Sequence record: MN871449.1
Strand: one strand, 5' to 3'
DNA length: 64,000 bases
Positions 56,428 through 64,000 of this stretch are shown in pieces. Position 1 is the stretch's first letter; each line of letters starts with the position of its first letter. Made by a program: the position numbers and the translations under genes. A model generated the notes under the pieces. It worked only from the letters and a program-made list of their open reading frames with translations. It ran no database searches and was not told where the DNA came from.

Positions 56428-59221
56428 ATTCAGGTCCGTTTGTTTCTTCTGGTGTAGCGAAAGGATCTGCTTCCTCTTCAGTGGAAGTTTCTCCTCCTTC
56501 TAACTCGTCCGTGGCGAAAGGATCTTCCTCGGTATCTTCGAAGGAACCGAAGTCGCCACCGCCAAAGGCGTCGCCACCACCGGAATCGTTGTTGTCCCAA
56601 TCGTTTCCGGAACTGCCATTGTCCCAACCGCCGCCAGCGTCATTATTGGCTGTAAGGATCTCATGCTGTTTCGGGTTCTCTACTTCCATCCGTTTCAGTA
56701 ACGCGTCACGGGTGGCCGCCAATGCCGAGCTGAAATCGCCAAAGTTATGCAGCATATTGACAATGTCGGTAGTAAAGACTTTGATCATATCCAGCGACGG
56801 ATCTTCTTCCGTGACCGGCGACAGGATTTTCACAAAGCCCATATCGAAGCCTTGACTCTGTAACCAGTCGCGTTTCAGGTACGCTGTCATGTGTGCCCTG
56901 AGCATATCGATCTTAGATTGATCTTCCGGTGCAAATGCCCCCAGAAGTTCGCTTGAGATATAACAGTCGACAATGTCGTCAATCATATCTTTCACTTTGT
57001 CGAATTCTTCTTTTTGTTTCTCAATCCGGTTATTTTCCGGACGAGGTAACTCAAGGTAGAATGCGTCAAAATAAGCGTCGATCGCATCGAGGTATTTTAA
57101 ATCTTCCGGGATATGACTTTCTTTATCGAGACGATATTCTTCAGGGAGTTTATCGTTGTTCTCGGCAAAGATCTTCTGAATACGCCCGATTAAAACACCG
57201 TCCGAGTTCACGTATGATCTGACGAGCTTCTTCCCGTGCTTACAGGTGTCGTCTTGAATCATCATGATACGTTTAGCGTAGAGCTGGTTAGACGTCCAAC
57301 GGGTGATAGCAAAGTCTGCCTCGTCAGTCATGTCCACCATCGCCGGTGTAACAAAGAGACCCATATACTGTTGACGACGAAGATCATTGGTAAAGTTCTC
57401 ATCAATGATCTGTTTCTGAGATTGGTACTCATTAATGTCCACAGTAGTATTCGGGATACGTGGGTTACCCTGTACTTCAATCGTCGTCCCCATCATTCTG
57501 AGTACGCGGAACATTTCCGCCGAAGAACTGACATCCGTAGGAGTAACGGTGCTGGTCATTCGTTGATACTCATCAATCAAGATCGCATAAGCTTTCTCGG
57601 GGTCAGGTGTACGCGGGTCGATGTTCATCGTTACTTTGGTTCGTCCTACCGCATTCTTCACGCCCGCCATAAAGTTAGCGAAGGTGGTCATGGCTCGCAG
57701 TGCAGAGACCTGTTTGATGTCATCAAGCAACGATTTCCCCATCCCGTTACTGTCGTAGTCGTAAGCGAAATACGCGACTTGTTCAGCAGGGACAAAGACG
57801 AGGTTAGTACGTTGGTTCGCAAACTGACGGAACATCATGATACGCATGATATCTTCGTTCCAGGCCATCTTCACGTTACGACCGATCAAACCGTTTTTAA
57901 TACGGTTGAGGATGTTTTCCTCTAAGACCTGGTTATAGACGCGAATACGTTCTTCCGCCGCCATTTTGTCGGTATCCATACAGATACCGTTCTGCGCAAT
58001 GCGGGTTTGCTGGATCAAACTGGAGGTCATGTCCAGTTGTTGCTGAGCACCCATTGTACCGATCTGACCATTAGTGGCTGCCTGGTTCAGTTCATCGGTT
58101 AAGTTGATCGGGTTACCCAGCTCATCCAGGACAATGACGTAACCGATGTGGTTTCGCTCATCGCCTTTCGGGTAACACGGAATCACCGATTCTGAGGGAC
58201 ACTTAATGACCAGCGGATGACCAATACTGCTTCTGCTGGCTTCTGAGGCCGCAGGAATGACTTTAACAGGGTTAACGCTAGTTTGACCAGACCGTGAGTT
58301 GTAAAGCGTTCTCGCGACCGTCGAGACGTTGTTATGACCGTTTCTTGACCGGTACGCCTCCATCCCTGCTCCGCTACGTCCGTAGCGGTATTTGTTTCTC
58401 AAACGCTCTTCATTAATCTGGTTACGGATATGGCTCAAACCCATAATTCCGAGGTTATCGGTGATGGTGGCACTGTCATTAATACGAACCTGATTAGGGT
58501 TCATAACCGGCATGGAGAACATGCTTTCTAAAGACGGTGCCGGTGCACTACTGCGAATGTTCTTTTTACCTTTATTCGCATCACGGATTTCCTGATCGGT
58601 AATTCCTGGGTCACCTAAGATCCCGACAGACTTTAAGGTTCCGTCAACGAAATGCGTTTTCAGTTTCTCATTGAAACTTTCCGTGGCCAGATAACTGCCG
58701 ACTTCGCGAAGGTTGATGATGTCATCGATAACAGCTTCCGGGACAATTACACCGACCCACGCACCTGTTTCAAATAACGCCTCTCCGATGATCTCAGGGA
58801 GTTTATCGCGTAAGGGGTAGTATGACTCAAAATGATCCCGTATGACCTCTGTGACTTGATTGAGGACGCTTGGCGGGATCTCTGACGCCTCGGTTTTAAA
58901 TCCTAACTCTCCTTGGGTCATATCGACCGGAGAAAGGGTAGTGGAAACAATCATCTGTTTAATCAATTTAATGTCGGGCGCTAAAGAGATGATTGTTTCT
59001 GCGTCCAGGTTCTTTCTGGCGCGACGACTGACGAGACGGTCGAAAATCGTTGGGTCGGGAACATCGACACCATTTCCAGGTGTAGTCGTACGATGTACCG
59101 CATCCTGAACCAGTTTCGACATAATTGCCGTAGCCGAAGGGGTGCGTTGGAGCCAATCCTGTGGACGACTGGAAACTTTGATCCCGGTAGGATTCACCGT
59201 TTTCTTTTCGTAACTATTCAT
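56426..59221 (-). CDS. Portal protein (phiKZ gp129-like)
   Basis: 931 aa; HPLVIKCPSESVIP..., AYFAYDYDSNGMGKSLL motifs; acidic C-tail; ATE/SLE/GME sites; divergent from a baseplate gene as in phiKZ-like phages. Confidence 0.8.
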   Translation of the reverse strand: MNSYEKKTVNPTGIKVSSRPQDWLQRTPSATAIMSKLVQDAVHRTTTPGNGVDVPDPTIFDRLVSRRARKNLDAETIISLAPDIKLIKQMIVSTTLSPVDMTQGELGFKTEASEIPPSVLNQVTEVIRDHFESYYPLRDKLPEIIGEALFETGAWVGVIVPEAVIDDIINLREVGSYLATESFNEKLKTHFVDGTLKSVGILGDPGITDQEIRDANKGKKNIRSSAPAPSLESMFSMPVMNPNQVRINDSATITDNLGIMGLSHIRNQINEERLRNKYRYGRSGAGMEAYRSRNGHNNVSTVARTLYNSRSGQTSVNPVKVIPAASEASRSSIGHPLVIKCPSESVIPCYPKGDERNHIGYVIVLDELGNPINLTDELNQAATNGQIGTMGAQQQLDMTSSLIQQTRIAQNGICMDTDKMAAEERIRVYNQVLEENILNRIKNGLIGRNVKMAWNEDIMRIMMFRQFANQRTNLVFVPAEQVAYFAYDYDSNGMGKSLLDDIKQVSALRAMTTFANFMAGVKNAVGRTKVTMNIDPRTPDPEKAYAILIDEYQRMTSTVTPTDVSSSAEMFRVLRMMGTTIEVQGNPRIPNTTVDINEYQSQKQIIDENFTNDLRRQQYMGLFVTPAMVDMTDEADFAITRWTSNQLYAKRIMMIQDDTCKHGKKLVRSYVNSDGVLIGRIQKIFAENNDKLPEEYRLDKESHIPEDLKYLDAIDAYFDAFYLELPRPENNRIEKQKEEFDKVKDMIDDIVDCYISSELLGAFAPEDQSKIDMLRAHMTAYLKRDWLQSQGFDMGFVKILSPVTEEDPSLDMIKVFTTDIVNMLHNFGDFSSALAATRDALLKRMEVENPKQHEILTANNDAGGGWDNGSSGNDWDNNDSGGGDAFGGGDFGSFEDTEEDPFATDELEGGETSTEEEADPFATPEETNGPE

Positions 59222-59285
59222 AAATTCAGAATCCTTCTCTCACTCTGAAAAGGGGAATCGATTGTTCTATTGAGGAGACTGCTCG

Positions 59286-61730
59286 GTGGATACCACGCAG
59301 AAGTTATATTTAGATAGCGTTATGGCATTGGCACAGACATTGACGATTAAATTTCCTGCCGCCGCCACGATGCGTAACGAATACCTTTCACTTATCGGGT
59401 ATAACGTCGACCCAAGTGCACCTAGCACATGGGCGTACTATATGAATCTGGCAGGACAATACCATGCCAGCGATACCCCAATGACGGTTGTTTCTTTAGA
59501 TACACTCGAGACGATCGAGTTCACATATGATAACTTACTATTACACCGCGCCACGCGTAAAGCCTACGCGTACGGGACAAGTTATTATCAGAATCTGCTC
59601 TCCCGTTACCCTAATCAAGAAACGCTGATACGTGGGATTCTCAACCCGGTTCCCATGGAGACGATTCTGAGCGCGAAGAGTTGGGAAATCCTCTATTACG
59701 ATTCAGAGCACGTTGAGTCACAAGAGGTGTATTTAATCAGCGACCTGCAAGAGTGGATTAATAATTTTACCAACCGCTGGTACATGCCGCTCCCTGCTCG
59801 TGTACAACTGCAATATCCGGCGACCTTTTTTGGTTTAATGTTTTCTCACCTTCCTGGCGAAATTATTAATATCCGAAATCGGTACGTAAGAACGCCCCAA
59901 GTGCACAGTTATCATCTTTGGTGTTATCTGGGGTCGCATGGCCGACTCAATAAATTCAAAGACTACACGAGTCTCAAACAGGCGCTGTATCTGTACCGTA
60001 ACATTGAATACATCGAGGCGCACGCCGGGAAAACCAGTACCTTTGTTGATCTTATCGCGAATATCCTGACGGAGCGACGTATCCCGCTCACCGCGTACGA
60101 ATTACAACAAGATACGTCAAGTATCGGCGAAGGGATTTACAGCACTGGTACCGTGGCTAAGATCCCGCAGAATACCTTGGCTGAATCTGTCAGCGGTATT
60201 CAGTATATCACGATCGAAGACGCGTTAGAGAATGAAGTCGACTCTGCAAAAGATAATGCCGATTATCTTGAGACGCAAAAATCTACCGTGCCGGATATGG
60301 TTAAAAACGCGATCACCAACATACTCCCCACGAAAGTACTCGAATCGGTTATGGTCGACCAGTCTGATGCCATGCCGCGGAAGCTGACCGATACGTTATT
60401 AACGGAATGGATCTACCTCGCCTCTCACGGGAAGTACACTGCCAATATTATCTTAACTGACCCTATTTCGCAGGAAGCGATGTCAATGTCAGTGAAGGAG
60501 GCATTGGTACTTTGGGTCTACGCGGTGATGCAGCAGTTTGAAATAACGCTCACGGACATTCCTAAACTGACCGCTTTCTTCGCGCAACGTATTCCAAGTC
60601 CAACGTTCTCAGAGCTGCGTAAAGCAACGCAGAAAACGTACGTGACAGAACTCGGGATACAAGTGGCAATGACAGAGACGACCTCAGTAAGTACGATCAT
60701 CTCTACGGAAGCCTTTTATTCCACGGCAGTCGCTATACAAGGGAACTTGTCAGCCCACCGGATGATGTATACGTCAATGGAAGATCTTTACCAACGTGGT
60801 GAGTGGGAAGTCCTCTGTCGGAAATTCTATTGTGACGAACCTTGTACACTGGTCGATCAACCGACAACATACGCGACGTGGTTTAAAGAAAAGAACTGGA
60901 CATTGTCCATGTCAACCCCGCAGGAATGGTCAGATTTTGCACTGAGTATATTCACTATTGCGACAGGTTCAGATCTCCGGTCGACAATCAGTATCTCGGA
61001 TATTCACAGCGCAATGATCGGGATCATGACTCAACTTTCTTCTTACGGCGTTCAGTACGTCCACAAAACGATCGCTGCTCCAGGTATTGTTTTAGACAAC
61101 CTGGCGGTCCGTTACGGTAAAGTGGAAAGTAAGGGGTACGGTAAAGTTCAGCTGCCTTCGCGTGTAGAGGTCATTGACCAAAAACAGAAAGGAAAAAGTA
61201 GTACGGTGCTCCCGCCGTTTAAAGCGGTTGATCTCAACGTTAAAGAGATCTACGCTAACTACTATTACCGACTGGATTGGGGTATCGGATTACTTTGCGA
61301 TACAGCGATCAAAACGATTCATCGAATCCCGATTGCCGAGGTACGCTTTAAAGGAAGTCTGACAGAAGATATCACTATTGACGTGAAGAACACCGAACTC
61401 AATGGGTTGTGGCTGTACCACGTCGATTACCGTCCTCTTGACGACATCATTAAAACATTGGCGCTCCCCGGTCTTTGGGTTTACCCACCAGAAGCCGACG
61501 ACCTGCTTCAAACGGAAGTCCTCGTTCGAAATCTGGACGGTCTCTGGGTGAAAAAGATCGAACGTGATCCTGAGATTGTTTTAGGGGAAACGACTCTCGA
61601 CGGTATATGGGTAAGGAAGATCCCGCGTGTTCAGTTGTGGCAAGTTATGCCAGATAGACTCTTGGGGTTCACTGAGCCGCTGTTACTTAATGAGTTTTTC
61701 CCGACGTCGGTTTTATTGCCTTTCGAATAA
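59286..61730 (+). CDS. Baseplate-type structural protein (phiKZ gp130-like)
   Basis: WAYYMNLAGQYH.SD..M.V.SLDT.E.I.F motif; GTG start after GAGGAG; synteny. Confidence 0.7.
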   Translation: MDTTQKLYLDSVMALAQTLTIKFPAAATMRNEYLSLIGYNVDPSAPSTWAYYMNLAGQYHASDTPMTVVSLDTLETIEFTYDNLLLHRATRKAYAYGTSYYQNLLSRYPNQETLIRGILNPVPMETILSAKSWEILYYDSEHVESQEVYLISDLQEWINNFTNRWYMPLPARVQLQYPATFFGLMFSHLPGEIINIRNRYVRTPQVHSYHLWCYLGSHGRLNKFKDYTSLKQALYLYRNIEYIEAHAGKTSTFVDLIANILTERRIPLTAYELQQDTSSIGEGIYSTGTVAKIPQNTLAESVSGIQYITIEDALENEVDSAKDNADYLETQKSTVPDMVKNAITNILPTKVLESVMVDQSDAMPRKLTDTLLTEWIYLASHGKYTANIILTDPISQEAMSMSVKEALVLWVYAVMQQFEITLTDIPKLTAFFAQRIPSPTFSELRKATQKTYVTELGIQVAMTETTSVSTIISTEAFYSTAVAIQGNLSAHRMMYTSMEDLYQRGEWEVLCRKFYCDEPCTLVDQPTTYATWFKEKNWTLSMSTPQEWSDFALSIFTIATGSDLRSTISISDIHSAMIGIMTQLSSYGVQYVHKTIAAPGIVLDNLAVRYGKVESKGYGKVQLPSRVEVIDQKQKGKSSTVLPPFKAVDLNVKEIYANYYYRLDWGIGLLCDTAIKTIHRIPIAEVRFKGSLTEDITIDVKNTELNGLWLYHVDYRPLDDIIKTLALPGLWVYPPEADDLLQTEVLVRNLDGLWVKKIERDPEIVLGETTLDGIWVRKIPRVQLWQVMPDRLLGFTEPLLLNEFFPTSVLLPFE

Positions 61731-61804
61731 AAAGATTGTGTTACGGAAAAGGCGGGTCACCGCCTTTTTTGTTATGACATAACAGTTTTCACTTGGAGTC
61801 TATA

Positions 61805-62647
61805 ATGGCCACACCGAACGGTTACTACAATAAACCCACCGACGAACTCGTCTTTGATTTGATCAAAGAAGCGAACCCAGAAAGCGACTTTACGCAAGAT
61901 CAGGTGCGCCTGACCAATTTTACCGAAAATACAAACGGGGATCCCAAGCGCAACACCGCGGGTAAACTCGTTGCGATCTTAGGGATGGGCCGCGAAGGGG
62001 AAATCGCCCTGACCTGGAACCGTCCAGATATCGCTGAAATCTTTGCTGAAGTTGACGTTTATGTCTCTGCCAGCAACAAGTTTAAGAAATCCGATCTGTT
62101 AGCGGAGATCAATCTTAACTTTGGTTTTCAATTAGCCGCAGAAGACATTTACGACGAAGTACTCAACCTCAGCATCGTTCCGACTGTGACCCAGATTCGT
62201 ATTCGCCCAACCTGTCCGGCGTTTACGGGGATTCTGGAAGTCAACATCGGCGATCCGAAAAAGGCCATCGATACGGTTATTCGGAACAAAGACCTCGACG
62301 GTTTAGCTTACCCGACAAACCAGTCGGTGAAGATTCAGGGCCCGCTCTACCTCTATGCTCAGGATTACACTTACGACGCCGATAACATGCAGCGGTTTGG
62401 CTACGGTGATTTGATCGAGGGGGAACTCCTCACTATCCTCAACCGTAAGTCTCCAGAAGCCTGGATTAATACTCCAACCCCCGCCGCATGGAACATGGCT
62501 GGCGCCACCGTGTACTTTAACGGACTAACAACCTCTGCTCCCGTTTACGTCAACACTAACTACGAGCGTTGCGTCGTGATCCATTTAGACAGTACCTTAT
62601 GTACTAATGTTGCAGGACATTTAATTCTGCACTACAATTTAAGTTGA
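61805..62647 (+). CDS. Tail-associated virion protein (phiKZ gp131-family-like)
   Basis: GGAG RBS before ATG 61805; C-terminal WNMAGATVYFNG...LHYN domain typical of this family. Confidence 0.6.
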   Translation: MATPNGYYNKPTDELVFDLIKEANPESDFTQDQVRLTNFTENTNGDPKRNTAGKLVAILGMGREGEIALTWNRPDIAEIFAEVDVYVSASNKFKKSDLLAEINLNFGFQLAAEDIYDEVLNLSIVPTVTQIRIRPTCPAFTGILEVNIGDPKKAIDTVIRNKDLDGLAYPTNQSVKIQGPLYLYAQDYTYDADNMQRFGYGDLIEGELLTILNRKSPEAWINTPTPAAWNMAGATVYFNGLTTSAPVYVNTNYERCVVIHLDSTLCTNVAGHLILHYNLS

Positions 62648-62666
62648 TCAAAGAGGAAAATAAACG

Positions 62667-63203
62667 ATGGCGGTCTCATTAGATTTAACGAAAACCCCCA
62701 AAGCGGCCTTCTATGATTTATTGACTAAATCAACCACTGCTCTCCCTGAGGGTGAAGTATTCACTGACGCCGATTTGACCGCGTCCAATATCACCGCCGT
62801 TTCTGGACGTGAAGATGGCGCGAACACATCAGTACTGTTAACCCCGGTGGCCAGTTCAACGCTGGTTTACGGTGAAGCGAAAACGGTGTATTACCTCCGT
62901 AAAGATATCGCGGGTTACGCTATTGAAAAGGCGATCACTGATGACCTGGCTAATTGGGACGAAGCTGATGCCGCCGCCAGTGCGTTAGCGTACCTGGTCG
63001 ATAAATTTTCCTCTTCAATGGTAGCGAGTGACATTGTCGTCGACGCGCCGGTCACCAATGAAGATAGTACCGTTTCCGTTAAAGTGACGATGGCTGAAAA
63101 CCACCTGACCCTTTTCGGTACGATCACTCTGACCATCACCGCCGCTGAAACGCGAATGAACACCACCGACATCCCTGGTACCCAGGATGGCTTTGGTAGC
63201 TAA
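62667..63203 (+). CDS. Putative tail-associated virion protein
   Basis: GAGGA RBS; Thr/Ala-rich beta-type composition; in the tail operon. Confidence 0.6.
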   Translation: MAVSLDLTKTPKAAFYDLLTKSTTALPEGEVFTDADLTASNITAVSGREDGANTSVLLTPVASSTLVYGEAKTVYYLRKDIAGYAIEKAITDDLANWDEADAAASALAYLVDKFSSSMVASDIVVDAPVTNEDSTVSVKVTMAENHLTLFGTITLTITAAETRMNTTDIPGTQDGFGS

Positions 63204-63319
63204 TTAAGAAAAAGATACGGAAGGAGAGCGCTTAGCGCTCTCCTTCGCTTTTTATGACATTCGCCGTCCTGAGTCGGCGTACCTTCTTCTCGATTGAATT
63301 TTTCGCATAGGACTTAAAC

Positions 63320-64000
63320 ATGAGTGCCAGCACAAATACGAATCTCATCGCCCGGACGGCGTTAAGCGGACTGCTCCAGACCCATCTGTTAGCGGGCCTG
63401 CCGTTGACTGCATTAAAGTACACCACGCTAAACGAAAGACTCGCGGTAAATAGCGATGCCCAAATTGCTACCACTGATCGTCCTACGTTTGCTTACTACT
63501 GTATCGGTGATAAAGGACATTATAACGTCCCGACCGCCGATAACGAAATCATTATCGAACCTGCGCAACACACCGCCGCCGACTTTGGGCCGTTCAACAT
63601 GATCCCGTTTGTCATGCGTCTGGAAACCAATGATCTCTCTGTTGCTGAACGGGCGAACTACGGTCTCCGTAAATTAGAGAATCTGAACGGCGTGAACTAT
63701 TTTTCTTACTATTTGAAAAAGGTTGATCTCTCTGCTGCGAAACCGACCTTGCGCCATACCGTTGTAGTGGACGGGGAAGCAACCACTACCGAATTTGTCC
63801 CGAACTCATCGAACCTGTTCCCGACCCGCCCAACGCTGACCTCTGCCCAGGCGACCACAACGAACTCTGAGTACCTGACTGCCAGTATGGAAGTTGACGT
63901 ACCTTTCGACGAGAACGATGTTGCGGAACTGAATAATGTCGCCAGCATTCTCTACGGTTCACAGAAGCGTGCGATTATCTCGGAGATCGGTTTGGTTTCC
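63320..64000 (+). CDS. Virion structural protein, partial (runs off the window; phiKZ gp139-like)
   Basis: AGGA RBS, ATG 63320, open to the end: ...YYCIGDKGH...PFNMIPFVMR..NDLS..ERANYGLRK....GVNYFSYYLKK...ISEIGLVS. Confidence 0.7.
   Translation, partial: MSASTNTNLIARTALSGLLQTHLLAGLPLTALKYTTLNERLAVNSDAQIATTDRPTFAYYCIGDKGHYNVPTADNEIIIEPAQHTAADFGPFNMIPFVMRLETNDLSVAERANYGLRKLENLNGVNYFSYYLKKVDLSAAKPTLRHTVVVDGEATTTEFVPNSSNLFPTRPTLTSAQATTTNSEYLTASMEVDVPFDENDVAELNNVASILYGSQKRAIISEIGLVS

Noticed and set aside
1-64000. CRISPR array, IS/transposase, integrase, intein or homing endonuclease
   Set aside because: No regularly spaced repeats, DDE/tyrosine-recombinase, intein or LAGLIDADG/HNH/GIY-YIG motifs were recognised. 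Helicase, RNAP and polymerase ORFs have normal lengths.

Overview
The window comes from a phiKZ-related (Chimalliviridae-type) jumbo myophage. Its highly expressed genes have enterobacterial-like codon usage. From about 11 kb to 64 kb it is the conserved phiKZ-like core in the usual order: SF2 helicase, virion RNAP beta' fragment, split family-B DNA polymerase part, head and ejection protein cluster, baseplate/neck genes, DnaB-like helicase, major capsid protein, non-virion RNAP subunit, portal and tail genes. The first ~11 kb is accessory. It holds 9 canonical tRNAs, a TAXI-type solute-binding protein, a GNAT, a frameshifted TOPRIM gene and about 2.5 kb of dense structured non-coding sequence. 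The most striking signal is a set of non-canonical tRNA-like RNAs. (i) Two tandem, circularly permuted tRNA modules (T-arm and acceptor 3' strand first, then acceptor 5' strand and D-arm; 931-1011 and 1133-1227) lie in a ~550-nt structured RNA directly behind a codon-optimised conserved hypothetical gene (74-841), suggesting an uncharacterised protein plus tRNA-mimic RNA system. (ii) Two CCA-ending tRNA-like genes (5278-5379, 5894-6001) have the anticodon loop replaced by a shared internal-loop plus GC-hairpin extension. All RNA pairings were read by eye. phiKZ gp numbers come from recalled synteny and motifs, not from a search.
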